A stretch of 64,000 bases of DNA, taken from contig CP066690.1 in the NCBI GenBank assembly GCA_016432465.1, positions 683,666-747,665 on the forward strand. The letters are read 5' to 3'. The position numbers and the translations under genes were made by a program. Source of the DNA: Candidatus Sungiibacteriota bacterium (lineage in GTDB: Bacteria > Patescibacteriota > Minisyncoccia > Sungbacterales > HO2-52-23). Numbering within the stretch: the first letter of the stretch is position 1; each line of letters opens with the position of its first letter. The notes under the pieces were generated by a model that saw nothing but the letters and a program-made list of their open reading frames with translations, was not told where the DNA came from and ran no database searches. This document shows positions 46,457-55,795 of this stretch, piece by piece.

Positions 46457-46960
46457 ATGGGGCATGAGGATATGAAATACTTAACTGGACAACAAGAAAA
46501 AGAAGCGATTCGATGGATGAATAAAGCGGCAGAAGTTGCCAAAAAGGCTTTATGCCTGAAGGCAAAATGTGGAAGCGTAATTGTAAATGACGGAGAAATT
46601 ATCGGAGAAGGTTATAACGCACCGCCATTAGATAGGGAAGAAAATCGGATGTGCGATAAAGAAGTTGGTGTGGGTAAGGATAAATATGATCGAACATGCT
46701 GTATGCATGCTGAATGGCGAGCGATAATGGATGCGTTGAAAAGAAGCCCAGAAAAGTTGGAAAGATCAAAGTTGTATTTCACGAGAGTAGATGAAAACGG
46801 TCAGATTAAGAAATCAGGGAAGCCATATTGTACGACATGTAGTCGAATGGCGCTTGATTCAGAAATAGAGAAATTTGTTTTATGGCACGAAGATGGCATC
46901 TGCGAATATCCGACTGACGAATACGATAGATTATCTTATCAATATAATCCCGTGGGTTAG
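46457..46960 (+). CDS. cytidine/deoxycytidylate deaminase-family protein (dCMP deaminase/ComEB-like)
   Basis: CMHAE zinc motif, PYCTTC (PCxxC) and GYNAPP. AT-richer than the flanks. Confidence 0.7.
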   Translation: MGHEDMKYLTGQQEKEAIRWMNKAAEVAKKALCLKAKCGSVIVNDGEIIGEGYNAPPLDREENRMCDKEVGVGKDKYDRTCCMHAEWRAIMDALKRSPEKLERSKLYFTRVDENGQIKKSGKPYCTTCSRMALDSEIEKFVLWHEDGICEYPTDEYDRLSYQYNPVG

Positions 46961-46969
46961 GTAATAAGC

Positions 46970-47033
46970 AGTAAAGGTGTCACATGACGCAGACCAGATA
47001 CTCTTCTCTAATTCGCGCGAATAAGCGAATAGG
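46970..47033 (+). repeat. exact 64-bp direct repeat, copy 2
   Basis: Identical to 46368-46431. Confidence 0.8.
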
Positions 47034-47072
47034 GAATAGGCGAATAGTGGGAAAAATGTATAAAAAGAGGGT

Positions 47073-47552
47073 ATGTCCAATAAAAATCAGATCTCCAAAG
47101 AAAAACTTCGTTATTCCAAAATTACGCCCTATATTTATATTGGGACGAATATGCTGCAGTATTCCCATTTTGAGCGTCTGAAAAAACTTGGTATTTCGGT
47201 GGATATTGACTTGGAGGCGGGACATATAGAAAAAATCCCCATGCGGGGTTTGGATACATTTTTATGGCTTCCCACCAAAGACGGTCATGCGCCAACGCAT
47301 AATCAAATGGCCGCAGGTGTTGCCTTTTTAGACCAGATGGTAAAACACAAGAAAAAGGTATATGTTCACTGCAAAAACGGCCATGGACGCGCGCCAACAT
47401 TGGTGATTGCTTATCTTGCGGCACGGGGTATGATGTCAAAGGCCGCGTACGAATTTGTCAAAAAAAGACGGCCCGTGGTACATTTGAATAAAGAACAAAT
47501 GTCTGCAGTTGAGAAATTTGCGCGTTTATACAAAAATCACGATTCAAAATGA
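47073..47552 (+). CDS. dual-specificity protein phosphatase (CX5R family)
   Basis: VHCKNGHGRAP catalytic loop. Confidence 0.7.
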   Translation: MSNKNQISKEKLRYSKITPYIYIGTNMLQYSHFERLKKLGISVDIDLEAGHIEKIPMRGLDTFLWLPTKDGHAPTHNQMAAGVAFLDQMVKHKKKVYVHCKNGHGRAPTLVIAYLAARGMMSKAAYEFVKKRRPVVHLNKEQMSAVEKFARLYKNHDSK

Positions 47553-48133
47553 ACGGTTCAAGTCAAGAACAATTTTCCAGGGCCGACTTAAAAAGAGTGA
47601 GAGTGGACGAGGCATTAAAACGAAAAAATAAAAGGCGTCTCTTGTGGACGATTTTGGTTTTGGCCGTACTTATTGTTTTGGTGGGTGGCGGAATACTATT
47701 AAGCAGGTCTCGTTCTAAAAATCTTCCCGGTGTTTTTGTTTCCGATGAGGGACGCGAGCATGTTTCGCCCGGACACCCGCATACCTATAATTCCAACCCG
47801 CCAACTTCCGGGCCGCATTTTGCCCAGCCGGCTGAATGGGGCATTTATAAGGAAGAGCTTCCGGACGAGAACCTGATTCATAACCTGGAACACGGCGGAG
47901 TCTGGATTTCTTATAAACCCGGAATCTCTGAAGAAATTCGCAAAAAACTTGAGGGGTTTTTTGAGAAATACGGACGCAAAATAATTGTAGAGCCGCGTTC
48001 TAAAAATGATTTGGATATCGCGCTTGTTGCTTGGAACCGTCTGGACAAATTTAACGCCAGTGATTTTTCTGAAGAACGGGTGGATAGATTTATAAAGGCG
48101 TTTAGAAATAAGGGACCGGAATTTGTGCCTTGA
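47549..48133 (+). CDS. DUF3105-family membrane-anchored protein
   Basis: N-terminal TM segment. PPTSGPH..HNLEHG conserved blocks. Confidence 0.55.
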   Translation: MNGSSQEQFSRADLKRVRVDEALKRKNKRRLLWTILVLAVLIVLVGGGILLSRSRSKNLPGVFVSDEGREHVSPGHPHTYNSNPPTSGPHFAQPAEWGIYKEELPDENLIHNLEHGGVWISYKPGISEEIRKKLEGFFEKYGRKIIVEPRSKNDLDIALVAWNRLDKFNASDFSEERVDRFIKAFRNKGPEFVP

Positions 48134-48165
48134 TTGTCCAAATTTAGGAGCCTTTTTTTATTCTT

Positions 48166-49140
48166 ATGCTCTACGACATTGTTGTTATAGGCGGTGGACC
48201 GGCTGGTACGGCTGCTGCGGTCTATGCCGCCCGCAAAAAATTAAAAACCCTTCTTATTACCGAGTCTTTTGGAGGGCAGTCTATAGTTTCGGACGACATT
48301 CAAAACTGGATCGGAGAAAAACATATCTCCGGTTTTGATTTGGCTAAAAAACTTGAAGAACATGTACGCGCTTATCCCGACATGGTGGACGTAAAAGTGC
48401 CGGAGAAAGTGCTGGAGGTTAAAACTTCCCGGTGTATAAACGGAACTAGGGTTTGTGATTTTTCAATAAAAACGGAACAAGGAAACGTGTACGAGGGAAA
48501 GACTGTAATTCTTGCGGCAGGCGCGCGTAGAAGGAAATTGGGTGTTCCGGGGGAGGAGAAATTAAACGGCAAAGGCGTGGCCTATTGCAGCACCTGCGAT
48601 GCGCCATTATTCAGCGGCAAAAAAGTCGCAGTTATTGGCGGAGGTAACGCGGGGCTTGAAGCCGCGCAGGACCTTTTCTCTTACGCGAGTGAGGTTTATT
48701 TGTTCCACCGGGGCGAGGCCCTGAAGGGTGACCCCGTGGAACAGGAGGAAATAAAAAAGAACCCGAAACTTAGGGAGATTATTTTAAATGCTGAAACTCT
48801 TGAGATTTTAGGAGATAAATTTGTGACCGGACTTAAATATAAAAATCTTAAGACCGGCGAGGAGAAAACGCTTGAAGTGGACGGTGTGTTTGTAGAAATA
48901 GGTTCGGTGCCTAACTCCGAAATAGTAAAAGATTTGGTGGAACTTGACCAGTGGGGGCAGGTGAAAATTGATGCCAAACACGCTTCCACATCACAGCCCG
49001 GAATTTTTGCTGCCGGAGACATTACGGACGATCCTTATAAACAAAATAATATCTCGGCCGGGGACGCAGTAAAAGCGGCTTTGGCGGCGTATGCGTATTT
49101 GCAGAAAAGAGAAAAGCAATCACCGGCTGCAGAGAATTAA
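48166..49140 (+). CDS. trxB: thioredoxin-disulfide reductase
   Basis: GGGPAG FAD motif, CSTCD redox centre and GGGNAG NADPH motif. Confidence 0.85.
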   Translation: MLYDIVVIGGGPAGTAAAVYAARKKLKTLLITESFGGQSIVSDDIQNWIGEKHISGFDLAKKLEEHVRAYPDMVDVKVPEKVLEVKTSRCINGTRVCDFSIKTEQGNVYEGKTVILAAGARRRKLGVPGEEKLNGKGVAYCSTCDAPLFSGKKVAVIGGGNAGLEAAQDLFSYASEVYLFHRGEALKGDPVEQEEIKKNPKLREIILNAETLEILGDKFVTGLKYKNLKTGEEKTLEVDGVFVEIGSVPNSEIVKDLVELDQWGQVKIDAKHASTSQPGIFAAGDITDDPYKQNNISAGDAVKAALAAYAYLQKREKQSPAAEN

Positions 49141-49177
49141 AATTGCCGTGGGTGGAAACCACACGGCTGCTAAAAGT

Positions 49178-49384
49178 TTATCTAGACTCGGGTTTCTGTT
49201 TAGCCATGTTTTGCGTAATACGGAATTTGGCCGTCTCAAGGATGACGGGTGTTACAATATCCTCAATATGCTCTTCTTCCATAGGGTTGAGCTCGCCTTT
49301 TAAAAAAGCTTCTGCGACTTTTAGTGGGGTCCCGTATTTAGTCAATAGTCCCCACGCACCGATACTCATTCTCGTCTTTCTCAT
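49178..49384 (-). CDS. small hypothetical protein (68 aa)
   Basis: Strong RBS (GGAGG 7 nt upstream of the ATG on the minus strand). Confidence 0.45.
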   Translation of the reverse strand: MRKTRMSIGAWGLLTKYGTPLKVAEAFLKGELNPMEEEHIEDIVTPVILETAKFRITQNMAKQKPESR

Positions 49385-49559
49385 CTGATGCCTCCTGCAC
49401 TCGGATTCCCGAAGTGCAAATAGTATAATAACAAACTACTAAAAAAGTGTCAACCTTCTTCGAAAACACTCAAAAACTTGTTGAAGAAGTCTCTAGGCTT
49501 TTAGCCGGGATCCCGGCCCCGACGTTATGTCAGGGCTTAGGGGCCCCAAAATTATTCAT

Positions 49560-50807
49560 ATGTCAACTTTTTTTGAGAATACTTCTAAGATAGTCAACAA
49601 GGCAGCTGGTGTCGCCCATATTTCGGACGATATTTTGGCGCGTCTGCAAAAACCGGACAAGATTTTAGAATTTGAAATTCCGGTAAAGATGGATGACGGT
49701 TCCGAGAAAAAATTTCAAGCTTGGCGCGTACAGCATAATAACGCCCTTGGCCCGTACAAAGGCGGTATTCGCTATCATCCCGAGTCAAACCTTGATGAGG
49801 TGAGGGCTCTGGCTTCTTTAATGACTTGGAAAACCTCACTTATGGGTTTGCCTTATGGCGGAGCAAAGGGCGTGGTAAAAGTAGATTCACGAGCATTAAG
49901 TTTGAGGGAGCTTGAGGAGCTTTCCCGAGGATATGTCCGCGCTATTTGGAAAGAAATTGGTCCGCAAAAAGATGTTCCTGCGCCGGACGTAGGCACCAAC
50001 CCGCAAATAATGGATTGGATGACTGATGAGTATTCAAAACTTGTTGGCCAGTGGAGCCCAGCCGCTTTCACTGGAAAGTCGGTTGAAAAAGGTGGCTCGT
50101 ATGGACGAGAAATTGCGACAGGATTTGGGGGATATGTGGTCTTGCGTGAATTTTTAAATCTTTCAGGCCCCAAAATCGGAACAAGCGTGGCCATTCAGGG
50201 GTTTGGTAACGTCGGCTCCAATATCGCCAAACTTCTTGCGCAAAACAATTTTAAAATTATTGCCATTTCCGATTCTAAGGGTGGGCTTTATGAGGAAGCA
50301 GGCATTGATATTAAAAAAGTTGCTGATACTAAAGAACGAACCGGCACTATTGATAGAAAAACCTGCTATGCTCTGGAGCCGCATGGAGAGGCGTGTCGGG
50401 AATTAACCAATGAAGAGCTGCTTACTTTGCCTGTTGATATTTTGATTCCCGCTGCTTTGGAAAATCAAATCACGGCCGACAACGCAGCACATATAAAAGC
50501 CCACGCTATTTTAGAAATGGCCAACGGGCCAACAACTCCGGAAGCGGAGGCAATCATGACAGAACGCGGGATTGAAATTATACCCGATATTTTAGCTAAC
50601 GGAGGAGGGGTTGTCGGCTCATATTTTGAATGGGTGCAGTCACTTGATAAAAAATATTGGACCGAAAAGGAGGTTTTGGATAAAATTGACGAGAAGATGA
50701 AAGAGGCGTTCGGTGCAGTTGTAGAAATGAAAAATAAATATAACACCACATGGCGTCTGGCCTCATATTTGCGAGCCATTACGCGAGTTGCGGAAGCTTT
50801 AAAATAA
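49560..50807 (+). CDS. gdhA: NAD(P)-specific glutamate dehydrogenase
   Basis: GGIRYHP, GGAKGV and Rossmann GFGNVG motifs. Confidence 0.9.
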   Translation: MSTFFENTSKIVNKAAGVAHISDDILARLQKPDKILEFEIPVKMDDGSEKKFQAWRVQHNNALGPYKGGIRYHPESNLDEVRALASLMTWKTSLMGLPYGGAKGVVKVDSRALSLRELEELSRGYVRAIWKEIGPQKDVPAPDVGTNPQIMDWMTDEYSKLVGQWSPAAFTGKSVEKGGSYGREIATGFGGYVVLREFLNLSGPKIGTSVAIQGFGNVGSNIAKLLAQNNFKIIAISDSKGGLYEEAGIDIKKVADTKERTGTIDRKTCYALEPHGEACRELTNEELLTLPVDILIPAALENQITADNAAHIKAHAILEMANGPTTPEAEAIMTERGIEIIPDILANGGGVVGSYFEWVQSLDKKYWTEKEVLDKIDEKMKEAFGAVVEMKNKYNTTWRLASYLRAITRVAEALK

Positions 50808-50822
50808 ACTTATTATTAAACT

Positions 50823-51833
50823 ATGGCATTGGCTAAAATAGCTATAAATGGTTTTGGCAGGATAGGCCGCTCCTTTTTCCGGGGAGCTTTTGGCTTGCCT
50901 GAATTTGATATCGTTGCGGTTAACGATCTGACCGATGCTAAAACCCTTGCCTATCTTCTTAAATACGATTCGGTTTATGGCCGTTACCCCAAGATCGTGG
51001 AGGGGGCGGATAGTTATTTAAAAGTGGACGGCGAAAAAATACAGGTATTGGCAGAAAAAGACCCCGCTCAACTTCCCTGGAAGGATTTAAAAATAGATAT
51101 TGTTATTGAGTCAACCGGCTTTTTTGCCTCTGGGGAAAAAGCTAAACCGCATATTGATGCCGGAGCCAAGCGTGTGGTAATCACTGCTCCCGCTTCCGAC
51201 GGCGTAACAACAGCGCTGATTGGCGTAAATGATGATCGGTTTGCAAAAGCAGGGCCTATTACCTGCAATGCTTCCTGCACTACCAATTCGGTTGCGCCGA
51301 TTATGGCCATAATGCTTGAGAATTTCGGCATACAAAAAGCCGTGATGGTTACTGTGCACGGCTACACCGCCACCCAGAAACTTGTTGACGGGCCGGACGC
51401 AAAAGATCCTCGCAGGGGTAGGGCAGCGGCAGTAAATATTGTGCCTTCCACCACCGGCGCGGCAGGGGCAGTGATTCAAGCCATACCAGAACTGCAGGGC
51501 AAGTTTGACGCCGTATCAATGCGAGTCCCCACCATTAGCGGATCGTTGAGCGCAAACACCGTGCTCACCGCTAAACCTGTTACGCGTGAAAGTATAAATG
51601 ATATTTTCAAAAAAGCTGCCGCAGAAACCCGCTGGTCAAAAATTTTAAAAGTAACCGAGGATCCGATTGTATCAAGCGACATTCTGGGCGAGCCATACGG
51701 CGCTATTGTTGATTTATCCCTCACCAAAGTAATTGACGGTAATCTTGCTACTGTATATTCGTGGTATGACAACGAGGCGGGGTATACGGCGACACTCATA
51801 GAACACGTCCGCAGAATTACTGAGAATCTTTAG
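50823..51833 (+). CDS. gap: glyceraldehyde-3-phosphate dehydrogenase
   Basis: INGFGRIGR, ASCTTN (catalytic Cys) and WYDNE. Confidence 0.95.
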   Translation: MALAKIAINGFGRIGRSFFRGAFGLPEFDIVAVNDLTDAKTLAYLLKYDSVYGRYPKIVEGADSYLKVDGEKIQVLAEKDPAQLPWKDLKIDIVIESTGFFASGEKAKPHIDAGAKRVVITAPASDGVTTALIGVNDDRFAKAGPITCNASCTTNSVAPIMAIMLENFGIQKAVMVTVHGYTATQKLVDGPDAKDPRRGRAAAVNIVPSTTGAAGAVIQAIPELQGKFDAVSMRVPTISGSLSANTVLTAKPVTRESINDIFKKAAAETRWSKILKVTEDPIVSSDILGEPYGAIVDLSLTKVIDGNLATVYSWYDNEAGYTATLIEHVRRITENL

Positions 51834-51910
51834 TTGTAAAAACACTTAATATCAAAACGGCCTTAGGCCGTTTTGACTTTTAAGGGGACTCAGCTACAAT
51901 CTAAAGTATT

Positions 51911-53167
51911 ATGCGTCAATCACAACTTTTCGGGAAAACCCTGCGTGAGGCGCCCAAAGATGAAGTATCGGCCAATGCAAAGCTTCTGGAACGGGGCGGT
52001 TTTATTTATAAAACCATGGCCGGAGTTTATGACTACTTGCCTCTTGGGTATAGGGTACTGGGGAAAATAAATCAGGTGGTAAGAGAAGAAATGGATACTA
52101 TTGGCGGGCAGGAGATTTTGCTGTCGGCCCTGCAGCCCAAGGAGCGTTGGCAAAAAACCGGACGCTGGGAGGGCATGAAAGATATAATGTATCAATTTAA
52201 AGATCACTCCGGGCGCGAGATGGGGTTGGCAACAACCCACGAGGAGGCGTTGGCCGAAATTGCGCTCCGAACCGTTCACTCCTATAAAGACCTTCCGCTT
52301 TTTGTTTATCAAATTCAGACTAAATTCCGCGATGAGCCGCGCGCAAAATCGGGCCTTATCCGCGGCCGTGAATTTTTAATGAAAGATTTCTATAGTTTCC
52401 ACCGCGATTATGACGACCTTGGGAGATTTTATGAAATTGCCGATACTGCATACCGCAAACTTTTTAAAAGACTTAATCTTGATTTTTATGTGACCGAGGC
52501 ATCGGGCGGAACTTTTACTAAAGAATTTACACACGAATATCAGGTGCTGTCGGAGGCGGGCGAGGACTGGATTTTGTACTGCAGCAGATGTCGTTTTGCG
52601 CAAAATAAAGAAGTTAGTCAGATGAGAGACGGCGGGAAGTGTATTAAATGCAACGGAGCGGTAAAACTTGGCAGAAGTATAGAGGTAGGCAACATATTTA
52701 AGTTAGGCACTAAGTTCTCTGAAGCCTTTGGGCTCTATTATTCGGACGAGAAAGGCGCTAAAAAGCCCGTGGTAATGGGAAGTTACGGCATTGGGCCGGG
52801 GCGTTTGCTTGCGACCATCGTTGAGGTGCACCACGATGAGCAGGGAATTATCTGGCCGGATACAGTAGCGCCCTTTCGCGTGCATCTTATTGAAATAATT
52901 CCAAAATCTAAGAATTTAAAAGTTAAAAAAGCCGCAGGACGGTTTTATAAAGACCTCCTTGCCAAAGGGATAGAAGTCTTGTACGATGATCGCGATGATA
53001 AAACCGCAGGAGAGAAATTTGCAGATGCGGATTTGATTGGGATACCGTGGAGAGTGGTGGTGAGCGAGAAAACGCTCCAAAAGAAGGGAGCGATAGAAAT
53101 AAAAAGAAGGTCAGAAAAAAAAGAAATGGTCGTAGACAAAAAAGAACTTTTCAAGAGATTAAAATAA
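51911..53167 (+). CDS. proS: proline--tRNA ligase (short form lacking the insertion editing domain)
   Basis: Class II motifs and ProRS-specific blocks (QPKERW, FRDE.R...GL.R.REF.MKD.YSFH). Confidence 0.85.
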   Translation: MRQSQLFGKTLREAPKDEVSANAKLLERGGFIYKTMAGVYDYLPLGYRVLGKINQVVREEMDTIGGQEILLSALQPKERWQKTGRWEGMKDIMYQFKDHSGREMGLATTHEEALAEIALRTVHSYKDLPLFVYQIQTKFRDEPRAKSGLIRGREFLMKDFYSFHRDYDDLGRFYEIADTAYRKLFKRLNLDFYVTEASGGTFTKEFTHEYQVLSEAGEDWILYCSRCRFAQNKEVSQMRDGGKCIKCNGAVKLGRSIEVGNIFKLGTKFSEAFGLYYSDEKGAKKPVVMGSYGIGPGRLLATIVEVHHDEQGIIWPDTVAPFRVHLIEIIPKSKNLKVKKAAGRFYKDLLAKGIEVLYDDRDDKTAGEKFADADLIGIPWRVVVSEKTLQKKGAIEIKRRSEKKEMVVDKKELFKRLK

Positions 53168-53178
53168 GCCTACTCGCT

Positions 53179-53511
53179 TTAAGCTTTCGGCTCGTACTCT
53201 ACGCGTCTTGTGAAGACACCGTGTTTTTCCCTAAATGTTGCAGGTGATCCATAACCACGGTTCTCTTGCCATTCCTTTGTATTGGTAACAAAGAACTGGT
53301 CTGTAATCGACAAAATCCTCGCGCCTCCTTTTATAGAACCGATAAAATCGTTGATTTTTTCATCCAATCTATGAAACGCATCATGGATACCACCACTAGC
53401 AACAAAGGTTTTTACCATCTCTTCCTCCAAAGAACCGATCCAGTTTAGTCTATAATAATTCAATATTTTTGTCAATACATGCTCAACAAACTCTTCGGAC
53501 ACTTTTCGCAT
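53179..53511 (-). CDS. hypothetical protein (about 110 aa). The longer ORF-track version overlaps mreB
   Basis: It fills the 310-nt gap between proS and mreB. No clear RBS. Confidence 0.3.
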   Translation of the reverse strand: MRKVSEEFVEHVLTKILNYYRLNWIGSLEEEMVKTFVASGGIHDAFHRLDEKINDFIGSIKGGARILSITDQFFVTNTKEWQENRGYGSPATFREKHGVFTRRVEYEPKA

Positions 53512-54531
53512 GATATAGGAATTGATTTGGGTACGGCCAATACCCTTGTTTATGTTCGGGGGCGGGGAATTGTGATAAATGAGCCGTCGGTGGTGGCGGT
53601 AAATCAAAAAACCGGACAGATTGTGGCGATTGGCTCCGAAGCCAAACGAATGGTCGGGCGGACACCGGCCTATATTACTGCTTCGCGTCCGCTGGTTGCG
53701 GGCGTGGTTTCTGATTTTGAAGTTACTGAGGAGATGCTTAAGTTTTTTATCCGCAAGGTTCACGAAGAGGCTTTTTCTTTTTTTGCGCGGCCGCGAGTTG
53801 TCATCGGAATTCCCTCCGGCGTAACAGAGGTTGAAAAACGCGCCGTGGAGGATGCGGCCAAAAATGCCGGAGCACGCGAGGTTTATCTGGTGGAAGAACC
53901 AATGGCGGCAGCCATAGGAGTGCGGATGCCGGTGCAGGAGGCAGTTGGTTCCATGGTAGTAGACATTGGCGGCGGCACTGCAGATATTGCCATGATTTCT
54001 TTGGGCGGCATTGTGGTTTCTAAGGCCCTGCGCATTGCCGGAGACAAATTAAATGAAGATATTATACGTTTTGCCCGGGACGAGTTTAAACTTCTGCTGG
54101 GTGAGCGTACAGCAGAAGATATTAAGATCGCGATTGGTTCGGCTTACGAACTATCAGAGCCGCTTGAGGCCACCATGCGAGGACGCGATTTGGTGACCGG
54201 GCTGCCCAAGGAACTCGTAGTGGACGATGCTGATATTCGCCGCGCCATGCGACATTCCATAAATACTTTAGTAAACGCCATTAAAGCTACGGTGGAGGCA
54301 ACCCCGCCGGAATTAGTGGCAGACATTATGCACCGCGGAATTGTAATGGTTGGTGGAGGATCGCTCCTGCGGGGACTGGACCGTTTAATTCAAGAGGAGA
54401 CAAAAATTCCGGTAAAAGTGGCCGAAGATCCTCTGACTGCCGTGGTGCGGGGCACAGGAATTATTTTGGAAGACATTGACTCTTTACGGGATGTTCTGGT
54501 GAGCACGGGTTATGAGAAAGTCCCAACCTAA
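53479..54531 (+). CDS. mreB: rod shape-determining protein MreB, paralog 2, in an mreBCD-mrdA operon
   Basis: IGIDLGTANT and actin-fold motifs. Confidence 0.9.
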   Translation: MLNKLFGHFSHDIGIDLGTANTLVYVRGRGIVINEPSVVAVNQKTGQIVAIGSEAKRMVGRTPAYITASRPLVAGVVSDFEVTEEMLKFFIRKVHEEAFSFFARPRVVIGIPSGVTEVEKRAVEDAAKNAGAREVYLVEEPMAAAIGVRMPVQEAVGSMVVDIGGGTADIAMISLGGIVVSKALRIAGDKLNEDIIRFARDEFKLLLGERTAEDIKIAIGSAYELSEPLEATMRGRDLVTGLPKELVVDDADIRRAMRHSINTLVNAIKATVEATPPELVADIMHRGIVMVGGGSLLRGLDRLIQEETKIPVKVAEDPLTAVVRGTGIILEDIDSLRDVLVSTGYEKVPT

Positions 54532-55291
54532 CATGATGCGACGTGGTCAAATAATTAAGGTGGTAGCGGCAGTGATTCTTCTCGGGCTGCTTATTTTTTT
54601 TAGTAACGCCGGTTTTGCCAAAAGTATACGCATGGGAATAGTTTTGATTTTCCGGCCCCTGATGAAGATTTCACAAGCTGTCCGAGGAACCTCACTAAAA
54701 TTGTCAGATAAAGAGGTTTTGGATCTTGTCAAAGAAAACCAGCGCCTTAAAGCGTCTCTTTTTGATGCGGAAAAATTAAAACTTGAAAATGAATCCCTGA
54801 AAAAAGCCCTCGGGTTTAAAGAAACTGTCGCGCCGCGCCTTCGGGGTGCAAGAGTTTTGCTTCATGCCCGGGAACTCGGCAAAGAACTTTTAGTGGTTGA
54901 TCATGGTGAAAACTCCGGAATCAAAAAGGGCATGTTGGTTACAGATTCTAACCGGATGTTGGTTGGAAGGGTGTTTGAAGCAGGACCGAACATCGCCAAG
55001 ATTTCTGTTGCCTCCAATCCGGAGGAGGCTTTTGAAGCAGATATCATACCGCTACGCGTCAGAACTTTAATCAAAGGTATCGGCGGCAAGACCTTTTCGC
55101 TGGAGTTAATTTCAGCCGATGCCGCACTGCGTCAGGGGGATTTTGTTATGCTTTCCGGTAAAATGCCCCTTTTGGCGGGCGAGATAACATCCATCGGGCA
55201 AACTTCCGGCAGCGCTTTTAAAGAAGTGCGGGCCTCATTGCTTTCTCGTCCGGAAACGCTTCAGGAGGTATTTATTATTTCTTCGCCTTAG
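54512..55291 (+). CDS. mreC: rod shape-determining protein MreC
   Basis: N-terminal TM segment, a coiled coil (LKLENESLKKAL) and the C-terminal beta domain. Confidence 0.75.
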   Translation: MRKSQPNMMRRGQIIKVVAAVILLGLLIFFSNAGFAKSIRMGIVLIFRPLMKISQAVRGTSLKLSDKEVLDLVKENQRLKASLFDAEKLKLENESLKKALGFKETVAPRLRGARVLLHARELGKELLVVDHGENSGIKKGMLVTDSNRMLVGRVFEAGPNIAKISVASNPEEAFEADIIPLRVRTLIKGIGGKTFSLELISADAALRQGDFVMLSGKMPLLAGEITSIGQTSGSAFKEVRASLLSRPETLQEVFIISSP

Positions 55292-55504
55292 GACCTCTTA
55301 CACAATAACAATTCTACTGCAACTCCAGAATTTTGGCTGCAAATCGTTCAGGCTTCGTCGTCTTATATGCACCATATAGGCCTCCTCATCCTTCACGATT
55401 TTCGCTCAAAATTCTGGAATTTCGGAGACGGGGCGATTTCGCTGCTGTGAAATGCGCCTCGCGTCTTGACACGAATGCTTATTGTGTAAAAGGTCTTTAG
55501 AATT

Positions 55505-55795
55505 ATGCGCAATCTTGTTGTCGTGGTAACATTGCTATTTGTGTTTTTTTTGGAGTTGACGTGGGGATCGCGTATTAGCTTTTTTGGTATTCAGTTGCCG
55601 CTGACACTGCTAACTATATTTTTTTGGTTCTGGACCACGCATTTATATTCTCGTCTTTGGATGGCGGCGTTCGGCGGACTTATTTTGGGCAGTTTTTCGC
55701 TCTACCCCCCTGCTCTTTACGTTGGTATTTTAGCATTTGCCTCTTTTTTAGTTGAGTTTTTGCGCGAGTTCTTCCTCCTTAAACTAAAGGCCTAA
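55505..55795 (+). CDS. mreD: small polytopic membrane protein, MreD candidate by position
   Basis: Three hydrophobic segments. It lies between mreC and mrdA. Confidence 0.45.
   Translation: MRNLVVVVTLLFVFFLELTWGSRISFFGIQLPLTLLTIFFWFWTTHLYSRLWMAAFGGLILGSFSLYPPALYVGILAFASFLVEFLREFFLLKLKA

Noticed and set aside
46984-47181. 65-aa ORF starting inside the second 64-bp repeat
   Set aside because: It starts at an ATG that is part of the duplicated repeat. The first copy gives a 17-aa peptide, so the reading frame is incidental. It also overlaps the DSP gene start in another frame.
53512-53763. Upstream part of the 194-aa minus-strand ORF 53179-53763
   Set aside because: It overlaps the 5' end of mreB (53479) by 285 nt. 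Only the part within the proS-mreB intergenic gap is plausible.
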